A stretch of 64,000 bases of DNA from the NCBI RefSeq assembly GCF_009914755.1, contig NC_060929.1. One strand, 5' to 3'. This stretch comes from the human T2T-CHM13v2.0 reference genome, Homo sapiens. This document shows, piece by piece, positions 43,290 to 57,850 of the stretch; position 1 is the first letter of the stretch; every line of letters begins with the position of its first letter. A program made the position numbers and the translations under genes. The notes below the pieces were generated by a model. That model saw only the letters and a list, made by a program, of their open reading frames with translations, was not told the origin of the DNA and made no database searches.

Positions 43290-46200
43290 TCATTCTTGCC
43301 ACGATGCCACAGGTGTGGGCAGCCTCCTTGCTTGCAGCCTCCCCTGTGGCTCTGGCTTGCTCCCGGGCTGCCTTCTTTCCCAGTGTGAATGATGTTCTGT
43401 ACACATCACTCTTTCGTTTCCACCTTGACTATTTTCCTGAAGCATAATACCCAAACAGAATTATGGGGTCAAGAGGCAGGAAGAGTCGAGGCGTTTTGCT
43501 TCCCTGGTGCCCCAGTGCGCTGTAGGTTCTGAGCTGTGAGTGTCCCATGCTTACAGTGGCTCAGCACAGCTGATATGGAGTTCTGCCTTTGTTGCTCTGC
43601 ATTGAATAGGTTTGTGGTGGGCAGTGCGACTGTGAGCTATTTTGAATTACCTTTCTTTCCTTGGAAGGCTGCGTAGTATTGGCTATCACATTTGGAAAAT
43701 CTGCAGCCTCTTTTCTGCTGCTTCCAAGGTGGGACTTTGAGGGTGGCTCCCTCAAAGCCTTGATGCCTTTCAAAACCAGGAGAGCACCATGAAGGGGGCC
43801 GATCCTGCAGACCCCTGGTTAGAGCCAGGCTTCCTGCCCCACCCTGTCCTGGGGTCAGGGAGGGATGGCCGGGAATTTAGGGCGGTTTGCCCCTCCTCTG
43901 GAAAGTCGGGGTGAGTACTAGCTCAGCAGGGTAGGAAAGACCTTCCCAAGGCCCAGGGCTGGCAAAGAGCCCTGGATTGGTTGCTGAGACCTGGGATCCT
44001 TCCCCCCAGGCTCTACCAGGTTCCACCAAGCCAGTTTCCACGGCAGCACACGGGAATATTCATACCAGCACTGCCACCTCCTCAGCTACTCTGAGACTCA
44101 AGTGAGTGGGGCTGAAGCAGATGAGGGTGGCCCCCTTTCTGGGTCTCTGGAGACCATACCCCATCCCCAGCCCCTCCAAGGAGGGAGGTTTAGCTGAGCT
44201 TAAGCAGGGCTCTGGGGGTGCTGGTTTAAAGTCGCATAACTGCTGAGGTCAGGCAGGTCAGGGGTGGGCCCAGAGCCTCCTGGAGGTGCAAGGCAAGCCG
44301 CAGCCCCCCTGAGCCTCTGCAGGCTGTTGTGGTCCCAAAGCCATACAGTCACACCCCTCACACCTTGTGACTGGTGCTTCCTGCTGCTGTGTACAAACAA
44401 GGCTCTGGTGGAGGAAACAGGTGTTTTATCAGGTCACAGGGGCCCCCACCCCCAATGGTACAGTGCACAGATCCTCCTGCTGCAGGTGGGGACAGGGAGG
44501 CCAGATCAGGGAAGGGACTTATCCAAGGCCCCTTAGAGGAGTGGTCAGAGGGAAGGCGTTGAGTCTGCACGATGCACCCTCTGACACTGTATCTGCCATT
44601 CTTTGGCTGGGTGGCCCTGGGTGAGTTACTTAGCCCTCTGGGCCTTAGTTTTCTTATCTAAAACTGAGGATAACGAGGGTTCTCACCTGTATGGGTCAGT
44701 GTGGAATGGAAAGAGACAGTGTGTGAAACACCCAGCACACAGTAGGTGCCTCCTGAGTGGCAGCGGTGGTAGAGGGAAGGCCTCTACCAGGAGTGTGAGT
44801 GCTCCAAAAGCTGAGGTGGGACTGGGGCCTTGGCTGCACTTTCCTTTCCCAGCTCCCCTGGGGCAGTGCCCTCTGGCCTACCCTACCCTTGGGCCCTCAG
44901 CCTGTCGATAGACTACACATTCTCTGCTGTAATCTTGGGTCCATACCCCGACTGAGCCCCTTCTCTATACTTCGCCTGGCTCAGCATGTGGCGGGCTCCC
45001 TCTGCCCTTCCAGAGCTCAGTCCTGGGAGACAAAGAGACTTTCACTGGGAGCCTCTAAGTCGGCTCTGAGGTTCTGCTGGAGTTGGGAAAAGGGCACAGA
45101 GGAGGGAGAGGCCAGTGGGGGCAGCAGGGGAGGCTCCTGAGAGAGGGGCCTGCACAGGTGAGAGGGGGAGAACACTCTGGGTGGGGGCCCCACTGGAACA
45201 AAGGAGGAGAGAGGCAGAGGCTGGCATGCTCCATCAGCAGAGGGGCAGACAGAGGCCCAGGGTCTACGAAGGATGTGCGGTGAGACTGGAGAAGAAGGTC
45301 CCAGCCTGTGACCTTGGTGCTGGGGCAGCGCTGGTTCCAGAGCCTGGGAGAAGCTGATGGGCGCATGCAGCATGTTGGCATCATGGTAGGGCAAGGCGGT
45401 ACCCACCCACAGATGGTGTGAATTGGACATGGCGGACAAAGGCGGGGAGAGCCAGCTGCTGGGGCAGGGTGGATGCTAGGAGGCATGGGGATCATGGGAG
45501 GAACTCGAACAGAGCCAAGGGAGAGGTAGGCTTTGGGTGGAGAAGACCCAAGGGTGTTGGGCAGTGCAAGGCAGGGGTACCTCAGAGGTGAGAACTTTCC
45601 ATTTTCCCATCCTTCCATTTGACCCTCATGCTCTCTCGGGGTTCGGGATCCTAGGGTCTGGCCCCCTGATTACTGAGGGGAACTCTACCCCAGAGGTCAG
45701 TGGCTCGCTCAGGTCCCAAGGCCCATTGGTGACTCAGCCAGGGTGTGGAGAGCATCTCTGACCAGCTCTGTCTCTAGCAGAGCTCCAGGGTCCCAGGGGC
45801 TTTGGCAGGGGTGGAGGGTGGGCATCTCTGAGAAACCAGGACATTGTCAGCTTCTTGGTTCAGGCAGTTTGCTGTCCTGTTTCGCAGACCTGTCATGCTT
45901 GGGGTCTGGACCTGGGAAACCGCCTTCCTCCCTTAAAAATGTGTGGCCTGCTTCTGCTGCTGCACACAAGCTGTCTACAGCCTGGGTGGGCTTGTCCTCC
46001 TCAGAGGGTTCCCCCTTCCCCTGCTTTCTGCTGGAACATGGGGCTCCTCTTGCCCAGTTCCCCAGGGAGTAGAGGGTCTCTGTCCCTTGCTGGATAGGGA
46101 CTCTGGCCTGGGGTGAGCCTGAGTCTGGCCTTCTCCTGGGAGGAGGTCACCTGCCTGGGCTCTGCTAGCAGACTACTCTAGAGCCGGAGCAAGCCTGGGG

Positions 46201-48245
46201 ACACAAAGCCCTCACCCCGCAGCCCCAACTCCATAGCTAGAACTCCCTAGAGATCAGAGGAGCAGACACTCTGCCAAATAAGCTTCCTCCTAACCCCCCC
46301 GCCCTGCCCCCCATTAAAACCACTAGCTTGCTCTTCAAGGGCAGGAAAGCTGTCTGGGCCCCACACCATGTGCTTCCAAATGATGAGTGTGCGGCAGAGG
46401 CTCCAGGCATGGATGGGCAGGACGTGGCCCCAGGGAACAGTGGGTGTGGACTTTGGGGGTTTACACGGTTAGGCCTGCCCCCACTCCACCATGTCTGAGC
46501 TGGTTTGGGTGCCAGTGGTGGCAAATCACCTCCTCCCAGGAAACCCAGTTTTCCCATGAGGGCAGGGAGCTGTGATGGGAAGGAAGCCATCCCTCCCCCT
46601 GCTGTGTGACCTCACGCAAATCTGTGAACCTCTCTAGGTCTCAGTTTCTTAAATGGGGTAGGAATCCCTGGCCATGGAGAGGCCTGTGTGCTGGGTGGGC
46701 CTCAGCCGGGGTTTGCTGGGCAGCTCCTTGCAAGCATTGCTCCAGAGCCAGCCTCCCCACCAGGCAAGAAGGGGTCATGGGGAGGGAGGGACAGGTGATG
46801 GGAGTCTAGGCCGAGGGATTCTGACTAACTCTGACCTGGCTCTGGTGGCAGCGGGCCCAGCCTCCTGGCCTGCTGGGCCGCCATCTGAAACGCATTACTG
46901 ATGCTTTGTAAACTCCACATCATTTGGCCACATGAAAGCCTGGGACTTAAAAATAGCTGCTCCCAGAGGACGCCCCGCATTGGTGGGGCTCAGCTGACCT
47001 CTGCACGCACACCCACCCACCACCAGGCCACCTCCCTTGCCAGGGAGCCCCGACTGGCAGGGCCCCACCCACTCACCCTCCCAGTGTGGGCAGCCACTGC
47101 CTGGAGCCAATTTATCTGGGCACAGGTCTCACTCAGCTGGTGAAAGCTTCAGGCCCTGTGGCTGTACCCAAGGCAGAATGTCTGGGAGAGCCAGGAGGAG
47201 GCTGCTGAGGGTGAGGTGGTGGTCTCAGGACCCTTCCCCAGGCTTGTCATGCCTGGAATGCTGGTAGGAACCTTATTGGAAAGCTAGTGGAACCATCTTA
47301 CAGAAGAGGACACAGTGGCCCCAAGGAGGGGGAGCACTGGGAGGGTGCTAGTCTGGTGTTTACTTGGCCACTGTCCAATGCTGGACGAGAGTCACTGCCA
47401 ACATGTTTGTGAGAGTAGGGCAGGGCCTGCCCGGGAGACCCCGGTGTCCGGTGGAAAACCCGCTAAGCAGGAGGCAGGGCAGCACAGGCCTCTGAGCTGC
47501 TAGGGTTGACTCTTTGCCCTGCTGTGTGGGTTCCCTCTCCTTATGGTCTCTATGACCAACTGCAAACCACTCTTTTCCCTAAAAATAAACATGCTTATGG
47601 GACTGGGGGAAGCTTTGTAGCTATCAAAAGAAATAATAGGGTGTTTTAGAAAATTACATTGTGTTTTAAATAACCAGCATGAAAGTCATTAAGTTTGAAG
47701 TTTCATTCAAATCAGATGGCTCTGTGGCTGGCGTGGTGGCCAGGCAGGCAGAGGTGGGTGGGCCCTCTGAGATGCTGAGAGGCAGCCTGTGGAGAGCCTT
47801 GCGGCAGTGGCAGCAGTGAGGTCTCTGCTGGCTGGGTACAGCCAAGGTCCAGGCGGGCTGGCCACCGAGTGCGTGCCTGGCTGCAGCAGCCACCCCAGAG
47901 CTCGCTGGCAGCCTTTGAGGCAGTGGGCATCCCCATGGGCGGGGGTGTGGGGACAGATGAACCTGGGAGAGCCAAGGCCACAGGGTCGATGGCCATGTTG
48001 CAGGGGGTGGTGTTAGGGATGGAGTTGGGACCAGAAAGGGCCGGAGAGGATCTGTGGGGCCCAGGCCATATCTGTTCATTTCACCACTGGGTTCTCAGTG
48101 CCCACCCTAGGGCCTGGCACACAGTAGGTGCTCAGTAAGCAGTTGTTGAAAGAATAACAACAACTACAGTAGTTCATGTGTCAAGCACTTCCCAAGTGCC
48201 AGGCCTATGCCAGGGGCTTTTACTCATATCAAGATTGTACAAGTC

Positions 48246-48540
<295 letters not shown>

Positions 48541-51500
48541 GATCGTACAAGCCAAGAAAGTAGGTATTATTGTGGCCTCCCTTTTTGCAGATGGGGAAAC
48601 TGAGGCTCAGAGAGGATAAGGAATGCGCTGATACCTGGCAGAGTCAGGATTTGAACTTTGGTCTGTTTTACCCTGAAACCCATGCTCCTCCCTGCTCTAT
48701 CCCATTTGCTGTACAATGTGTGGAGATGGGGGCACTGCGGGCCAAGAAGCTGGGTGGTACCCCCAGCACACTGTCAGGTTCATAAGCTGGACCCAGCTGG
48801 ATTCCTCTGGCCCCAGAGAAAGGCCATAGTCCTCTCACTCCCTCTCCAGGGGCACCTCATAGCTCTGGGCCTGGGTCAGGGATGACCCCTTTCCTCCCCA
48901 GACACCTGGCAAGTTCAGGGCTCCCAGGGCCAAAAGGGCTGTCTTTCTTACTTGAAAGGCAGGTGCCCAGGGCTTCTAGAAGGAATGTTATATGGAAAAG
49001 TATCCGTAAATGACATTAGGATTGATTCCGATTTGGTGCCTGATGGAAGGACAGTTAAGACCTGTCTACAGGTGGATCACTTCCTCTTTCTAGTGTTGGT
49101 CCTGATGCAGCTCAGTGCCTGCTGTTGGACTCCTGGGCCAGGCACCCTCCTCTGTGTGATCCCGGGCTGGGCTAGGGGGTTTCCTAGGCTCTGAGTCATG
49201 GGAAATGGCTGGACTGAGGCAGCTGAGGGAGTCTCAGGGTATGGGTGCGCCCGCCCACCTTATTCCCCCGTGGGAAAGCCGCTTAGGAACCAGAGCCGCT
49301 GCCAGCCCCACTGGGGCACGTTGAGGGCAGTTTCTTCTTCTCTCGCTGCCCCGCCGCCTCCCATCCTCTCTGGTCATTGCGGGCCAGCCAGGAGCTCAGT
49401 GATCTGGCCTGACAGGAATCAGGCAGTGGTCCAGAGGAAATCAAGGGCTGGCGGCCCCAACCTGGCACAATGCTGGCGTTCCTGAAAAGCCTTTGTCTTG
49501 GGACATACTTGCTTTTGATTTTTCTCCTTTTGTTTCATTTTGTTCTTAAGTAAAAAAGGAATATTAAGAAAAAAACCACAAATATTAGTTCATCTAATCC
49601 TCACAGCAACCCCATGAGACCTGGATGTTTTACAATGGAGACCCCCAGGCATAGAGAGACTTGCGCCTAGTGGGTACTGGAGGAGGGATTTGAGCCCAGA
49701 CATCTGACTCGGCGTTCGCTGTCCCTCCCCTTACACTCCGTTGCGTCTTTGGCCGCGCACGTGTGTTGCAGCCACAGCTGGGTGCCTGGGTCCCCCGTCC
49801 CATCCCTTCCCACTCCTCAACCCCAGTTTGGTATTTCACTCTCTGCCCTGTTTGCGTCATGCTACACCCAGGTGTGTTTCTGAGAGTTGTCTGGGGCAGT
49901 TTTGTGTGACCCTCCCTCACTCGCCTCATGAAGGGCTCTCCTGAGGCTCCCATGCAGTTGGCACTGCCCAGCCTCCTCCCTCTGCTCACACTGGGTGTGA
50001 GGGCTCGGGCAGCAGCACCCCAGGGCCTGGTGCCTCCAGGAGCTCCTTTCCACGCCTTGTTTCCCTTTGGATAAATGGCTAGACAGTCCAGACAGAGCCC
50101 CAGGGGTCTTGACTGGCTATAGCTGGGGGAGTGAGCGCTTCATGACCGTGGCGGCCTCAGGGCAGGACTGTCCTCCTAGGGCTGGTGCAGGCTGCGGGAC
50201 AGAACACATGACAAGACCCCTGTCTTGTCTTTGCTTCTCAGAGGCTACTAGATTAAATTGGGGCAAGAATGCAGGGCCAAGGCTGGGGAGGTGATCTCCA
50301 AGGCTCTCTCCCTCTGCCCTTGAGCCCCTGCCTTTCTGGGCCTTGCCTGGGCTCTCAGCTCTCACTCTCGGGCTTGGAGCTGGACAAGCCGTGGCGAGAG
50401 CACCCCAGCCTCCGGTGGCTGTCCCACCCCTCCTCACACATGGGGCCAGGGAGCACCAGCCAGACCCGGTGGGAAGGATGACCTCTTGCTTTTCTTTTGG
50501 TCATTTATGACTGAGAATCAAAATCACCTCCTTCAAGGACAGAGTGCCCTCACCTAGGGCCAGGGGGAGGTTCAGAGCCACACTGCTAGCCAATTTGTTT
50601 CAAGAAAAATTCTTGGTAGGCTGCTGCCAGCAGAAGTGCTGCCTGTTGAGGCCTGTCACTGAATGGTAAAGATCTGTGGCCAAGAACCCCAAAGGGCCAG
50701 ATTCTAATCCAGATCCATCACTGCTTGCTGTGAGACCTCGGGCAAGATTCTTAGCTTCTCTGTGCTTCACTTTCCTCGTCTGCGAAGTCTGTATGCACAG
50801 CACAAAGTGGTTGGGAAGACTGGTGGGATTCCGGCAGGGGTGGAGCTCTGCAGACTGAGACACTCAGTTGGCTGTTACTAGTGGGGGCTGCCATCTCTAA
50901 ATCTGCACCTGGTATTTTCCTGCCTTTTCTGCAAAGCCCCCAGGGAAACAGCCTCAGAACTCCTCAAACACCTCCCTCCCCAGATCCCTGTTTTCCATTC
51001 CCTACTGCCAAAGACAGCGGAGCTATGAGGTTGTGCCTTGCCTCGGTCCACGGTGGGCTCCTGGATGGCTGGGCACTGATGGGGAGCTGCATGAATAACT
51101 GCCTGGGCTGGGGGTTGCCCAGTCTCAGGGCTGCTGTGTAGTCTCCAGGCTGTGTTGGTAGCATCAACTAGCAGCTCAGTTGCAGCAGCTCCCGGAAGCT
51201 TATATTTTCCTCTAAAAACATCCTGTCCTGAGGGGCGTTCACCTCAAAGTGGAGGAAGGAAAACGCAAGTAAACGAATGCATAGAAACCACTGGAGGCCA
51301 TGGGCCACGCCACTCGGCTAAGTGGGGCTCAGTGAGTTCCGAGGGTGCCTCGGGCCGGGTTGGGCCTAGAGCAGGCCTGTGGTTTGCCAAGGCTGCATGC
51401 AGGGACTCCAGTCCCCACCTCCGCTGTGGCAGGCCCCTTTATCTGATGTCAAGGCCAGGCGGTGGGTGGACTGGCCACACGCACCTAGCAGAGCTCTGTG

Positions 51501-54500
51501 CAACTGTGGCAACAGCCTTGTGCCAGCAGGTGAGACTGAAGCCTCTTGGTCCAGGAGGGTGTGGCCTTGCCATCCCCCACCCCTTCCAGCTCAGGTGGCC
51601 ACGCATCCACACTCTGTGCTTTTCTGTGCTTTGTGGTGGGCGTCTGGCACAGGGCATCCAGCACGCTGTGGGCAGGGAGCTTGCGGGCCGTCCTTTGGAG
51701 AGCACCGTGTCCTGGGCAGTGGTGCCTGGAGCGGGGGCTAGGGATAAAAGGGCATGAGCAGGGGCGCCTCCAGCCTGGCTGGCGCACTCAGCCCTACTGG
51801 AGTATATCTGCAGAGATGGGGTCTGCGAAAGCCCACAAATCGAGGCCTGGTCCATATTGCAGGCAAGCCCTGTCCCGCCCCCCAGGAAGTCGATTGTTGT
51901 AGTCTGAGGGCTTGAGGGGCATCCTGCTCAGCAACTGGGCAGACTCCTCGGCACAAAGCGCCATTGATGCTGGACAGTGGGGCCCTAGCTCTAGACACAG
52001 ACGCCTAGGGAGCTGTGGGGCTGACTGGTGGGCCCTAGCAGTGCAAAGAAGGAAAGTGAGAACCGGAGGGGCTGTGCCAGGGGAGCTGGGCCAAGGGCTG
52101 AGACCAGCCTGCACTGTGCTTCCCAAGCCACTGCCCTGGCATGGCATGGCCCAGGTGTCTGTCCAGAAGAAGGGGTGCTTTTTCTAATTAGCACAAATGC
52201 CCCATGTGAATTAATGGCAGCCCTGATGTTGACTGGTCATTCTGACTCCCAAAGTATTGCAGGCAGGAGAGGACGGGGGTAGGAGGAGGCCAAAGGGTCT
52301 TAGGTACCAGGTAGGATGTCCTGAGTCCAAGTAGTGGCCCCAGCTCCTCCCACCTTCCTAACCTGTATGCTGCAGTGACCCTGTGCCCAGCCCCAGCCAG
52401 GGTGCCTTATTTAGTGCAGTCACATTTTCCCTAAACACTGGCTTACACACGCCTCCCACCCCACCTGCACTGGACTCAACTTCAAGGGCCCAGCTCTAAT
52501 ACATTCAATATAAATAACTCAGGGCAAAATCCCAGACCACAGGAAGGGCAGGACAGATAACAGTCAACTATAGCACAGTGGATCGGTGCTACAGAAGGAG
52601 TTGGGGATGTGAGCATGGCAAGGGACCCCTTCCTCCTCAGATGAGGAGGATAGCATAGACTTCTAGGAGGAAGTCTCATTTATGTGAGTCCTGAAAGATG
52701 GATAGGAGTTTGCCAAGCCAAGTGGTGGAAGAGTGCTCCAAGCGGAGGGAATCATGGCCCTCAGAGCCAGTGATGTGGCTGGAGCACAGAGTGAGAAGGG
52801 GAGGATGAGGCTGGCACCACTGAAGACCTGGAGAGCCCATAAAGGGCCCTGGCACTGACCTGGTGGAGGAAGGGCTGTGGGGCCACGACTGACTTTCTCA
52901 CCTTACAGAGCCTTGCTTCCCACATGTGCGAAATGGGAAGAATGTATCATGCCCACCTCAAGTGGGTTGTCACACGTGGCATTTATGTTACTCAGTGTCA
53001 CCTCTGTGTGCTTGGCAAACAGAACAGTAACCATAGCAATAGCCCACCTTTCTGTCTGGTCAGCCTCTGCTCTGGAGGTAGCACAAGGCTCAAGGTGGAG
53101 ATCTGCCCTTCCTTCCATGGGCTTTTCCCCAAGGCCTCTCCCAGCTCCAGACCAGGCTTCAGGAGCAGCCCTCTGCTTGAGGGACCTGAGGGAAGAAGTC
53201 ACAGCCCTGTGGCTGAGGAGGGAGGCATGCACAGGTTCTGGAGGCACCGGGATTCTAGAGGCCTTCATGCAACAAGCCTGCTGAGTGCAGAGCCCAGACA
53301 GAGATGACTAACCAGCAGACCCTGCCATCCAGGACCCCCAGGCCAACCTCTCTGCCAGCTAGGCTGGTGGCACCCCAAGCCAGGCCACAGGCCTTTCCAC
53401 AAAGTGACCCTTAGACTGAGGTCAGGATGAGAGTGGGCCAGACTGGCCCAGAGCAGGAGGAAGTATGGAACATTGCAGAGGGAAGGCACCTGGGCCGGAG
53501 GAGCAGGCTGACATGGCTGTGCCGTGGTGAGCAGGGGACATGGCTGGGGCCTTGGGGTCATGCTCAACTACTGCCACCAGGCAGGCTGCCAGTGTAGCCA
53601 GAACCCCCATCCCAGGGGTCCTAAAACTTGGAGCATTTTTCAGGTTAGGGAAGCACTGGTTCAGGTCACCCTGACCAGCCAGGCTGGGAAAGGGAGAGAC
53701 TGTGTTTAGAACTGGGACAGTGTCCTGTGCACAATAACCATAGGCCCTTTGCAGTGTCGTGGGTGTCATCCCAGCTCTGCCACTTACTAGCTGTGTGACC
53801 TTGTGCCTCAGCTTCCCCATCTGTCAGGTGGGCGTAGTAGTTGTACCTAATATCATAGGTCTATGTTAGGAGTATCTGAGTTCAACTCTGCACGGTGCTC
53901 AGAACTCTGCCTCACACATGGGAAATACTCCGCTCACGTTAGCACATGCTTTTCTCTAGGCCTGAAGCATTTTTTTGCCTGGCACATAATAGGAGCTCAT
54001 AAATACACCCTGACCAAATGGTACCAATAGCGACCAGCTGAGCATCCTGATCTCTTGGGGGGCTGTTTCTGCTGGCACAGTCCCCTGCCACTGGGAGGCG
54101 TTCTTGGGAGGGCCTGAACAGGCCTCACCTATCCCCTACCCCCCACAGGCTTGAGGCCAGAGGAAACAGCAACTTTCTTCGCTGGGAAAGTGTTGTGGGG
54201 CTCAAGCATTTGGGGGTTTTCAGAGTCAACCGTCAGAGGCGAGGGAGTTTCTCTGCTGGCGGTGGCAAGGGCTGTCAGCGTGCACACAGCCTGCGAGCAG
54301 ACCGCTGCGGTCTACAGGGAAAATGCCGACTGTGTTTATTTTTCACCTGAGCCTGCAGGAAGTTGGGGGGTGCGGGTTGGGGGGGTGGTGAAGGGGGATG
54401 CCAAGCCAGGCCCAAGCTTGACTTCAGAACAGAGGAGAACTACCTCAGGAGTCTCCGTTTCCATCTCCTCCTGCTTGGCCCTGCCTGGCTGTCTTCTGGG

Positions 54501-56519
54501 CTCCTGTCTGGTAAACAAGAAGGCACGCAGGAGCACCCGAATGAGGAATTCCTAGCCATGGGCTAAGGAAATAGTCCAGAAGGGCGAGGAGCCCCTGTGG
54601 GACAGTGGACTGGAGTGGTCTGAGGAAGTCTTTGAGCAGTAAGAGCAATGCAGTGGCAGGAAGGACCACTTTTGCTGGGAGTGAGCCCTGTCACCAGGCA
54701 TCCAGTAGAAGGCTGGACAGGCACTGGTGGGACAGAGATGACTCTCAGGGTAGCCCTGGGGTGTCTGGGATGGTGGGGGAGACAGAGGGGCAAAGGCAAA
54801 GAGCATGGGTCTGGGGTTTGCTGATCAAGCAGTTTGGACTGCTGGTGAGGCATCAATGCATTTAAACATCCCAGCATGCTTTGAGCACTTACTGTGCACC
54901 CAGCTCTAGGTTTGGTACTCTGCCCTCAGAGGATGAGGGCAAGAGAGATGAAGGTGTGCCATTGAAATGCTCGGGGCCTGGTGGGGACAATCACCCTAGG
55001 CCTGCCTCTTTCCATTGAGGGCTGGGCACAGTCACCATCAGGGAGAGCAGGGGAGGGGGGCTTCAGTCACCAGGCTCCCCATATACATGCCAGGCCCCAG
55101 GTGACCCCACCCTGTTGTCTAGGCAGCCTGGCCCTGAGACAGCCTTGTGCTGAGGCCCTGGAGTGGGACGTTCCACTGGGCGAGGGGGACATGGGTGCCA
55201 GGCCCTGTGCTAGACGGTTTCCCCTGGCTCCTACCACCGGGCGCAAAGCGGGCTGGGGATTGAGGCTAAGAGGCAGCCTGCATGAATGTGGGAGGGACTG
55301 GCCAGGCCCTTGATGCTCTGCCCTGGAGCCCTGGCCACCCCAGGACCTCCAGCTGCCAGTGAGTTCTCTGCCCCACCCCTGCCCATCCAGCACTTCTCCT
55401 GTGGTCTGACAGTAGACTCCTGTTTAGTGCGTTTTTTCCCAGTTCCCAAGGAAGGCTGATAGACAGAATGAGCCCACAGCCTGCCAGGCAACACCCCGCA
55501 GCACTGCCCATCACATGCATATGTACCAGGCCAGCAGCTGTAGACTGGGCTGGATTCTTTTGGAGGTTTCCTAGGCCCAGCCTGAGCTGTGCTGCAACCT
55601 GGGGCTCAGGTGGCAAAGCTGGACCTGGGCCAGGCCCAGCATGGCCAAGGAGGGTCAGCTCTGGCCTCCCCACTCCTGGCAGGAGGGCTCTCCATGGCTT
55701 CCTGGCCAAAACTCCTGTGGGTAGCTTCTCAGTAAACCACCTACTCCCAGGGGAAGGGTAGTTTACTGAGAACCTCACCATGGAGCCATGCTCTCACTAC
55801 CTTGGGGCAGAGCCCCAACTCTGGGCAGAGCAGAGACTCTGGGACTGTCTTCCAAGAGCTGGCACCGTGGACCCCTGGCTCAGCTCCTTAGGCTTCCCTG
55901 CCTATTCTGCTAGCCAGGCGCTCGGTCCATCCCAAGGGTCAAAGAGCCAGAGCCAAGGCTGGATGGCAAGGCCTCCTCTGAAGCAGGAGCTTAGACTCGA
56001 AAGCCCCCCATGCTCCAGGCATTTGTGCCCTAAGGTGGTGAATGGTGGAATGCTTTCTGGCAGGATCCAATGTTCCTGAAGGAGTAGGCCCTGAGGCTCA
56101 GTCTCCGTGCCCTCAGCTGTCACGAGGCCTGGTCAGGGCTGATGTTGCCTGGCTGGCTGGTGTTATTCTAGGAACCTGTTAGGATAAAAACACCCCAGGG
56201 GTTTCCAGGAAACTTCCTACTTTAACAGGCCCTTGGCTCCTTCTCCCTGGAACTTTAGGACAGAGGAGAACTTTTGCATCTGTGACCAATGAGGTGAGTA
56301 GGACTGGTATTCTCATCTCCGTTTTACAAGGAGAGAAAATGCAGCCCCAGAGAAGGATGAGACTGGCCCAGGATCCTCCAATAAAAGGTCAGTGAAAAGG
56401 TCAGCAAGCCTAGAGCCAGGCTTCCCAACCTACCTCACATCATGGCACACTTTCAGCATTATCACTGGAGTAAATGAAGAAGGATGCTGGAGGCTAAAGC
56501 ACCCATGGGAAGCCCCAGG

Positions 56520-57850
56520 CATTGTGAACAAGGAAGAGAGTAGAAGGTGCTGGGGTTACAGAGGGAGCAGGAGCCAGATCACGTAGAGCTTTACTTATTT
56601 GAGACAGCATCTCACTCTGTCACCCAGGCTGGAGTGCAGTGGCACAATCACGGCTCACTGCAGCCTCGATCTCCAGGGCTCCAATGATCCTCCTCCCTCA
56701 ACCTTCTGAGTAGCTGAGGCTACAGGCATGCACCACCATGCCCAGCTAGTTATTTTTATTTTATTTTTAGTAGAGACAAGGTCTCGCTATGTTGCCCAGG
56801 CTGGTCTTGAACTCCTGACCTAAAGCAGTCCTCCTCCCTCAGCCTCCCAAAGTGCTGGGATTACAGGCATGAAGCCACTGCGCCCAGCCCACAGAGAATT
56901 TTGTAGGCCCCAGGTCAGGAGATACCGTGGGAAGCCACTGGAAGCTTTAGGCAGAAGTGACACGATCTGATTCCTGTTGCTGCTGGATTGAGGACTGGCG
57001 GAGGGGCAGGAGAGAAGCATGGGTCTAAGGAGGGAGCTGCTGCAGTCATCCAGGTGCAAAGTGATGGTGGCTTGGACTGGGTGCGGGCAAGGAGGAAGTG
57101 GTGGGATTCTAGACACATTTTGAAGGTAGAGCATTAGGATTTGCTGACAAATTGGATATGGAGTATCAGAGAAAAAGGAGTCAAGGATGACTCCAAGATC
57201 TTTAGTCTGAGCAGCTGAAAGGATGGAGTTACCATTAACTGGGTAAGAAGACAGGGAGGAGCGTTTGGGGCAGGAAGTCAGAGGTTCCGATCTGGATATG
57301 TTGAGTTTAGGGGGCATTTCAGACCACCAAGTAGAGTTGAGTAAGCATTTGGAAAGTAGAGTTCCTAGAAGTGGGGCTGGAGAAGAAATGTGGAGTCATC
57401 ACATGAAGATGTTTAAAGCTGTAAACCCAGATGAGAGGAAGATGGGAGCCAGAAACAAGGTCAGGAAGGAGTGGCCCATGAAGCTGGAGGAATATCAGGC
57501 AGTGTGGCATTCTGCAAGCCAAGTGAAGAAACTCTTTCAAGGAAGTGGGAGAAACCAATTGTGTCTGATGCTGCAGAGAGGTTGGATAAAATGAAGACTG
57601 AGAATTGACCATTGAGTTCAGGATGGTGGAAGTCACTGGGACTTTGACAAGAGTCATCTAGTGGAGGGATGGGGCAAGAGACTGTCTGGCTGGGTTGAAG
57701 GGAGAATGAGGGCTGAGAACTAGGGGCAGTGAATGGGGACAGGTCTGCTGAGGTTTCTGTAAAAGGGAGTGAGACAGGAGGTGGTAGCTGGGGGAGGATT
57801 TAGAGATGGGAGAAATGGCAGCCTGTTTGTACCCTGATGGGAATGAGACA
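56520..57850 (-). mobile_element. L2 LINE remnant
   Basis: gggaagccactggaagctttaggcagaagtgacacgatctgatt, ggagtcaaggatgactccaag, gatggagttaccattaactg are reverse L2 phrases. Confidence 0.8.
56590..56890 (-). mobile_element. AluJ-like inserted in an L2
   Basis: Alu consensus, diverged. Confidence 0.88.

Noticed and set aside
56820-57657. ORFs with fragments like LNISRSEPL and KDLGVILD
   Set aside because: Decayed L2 ORF2 remnants, not a host gene
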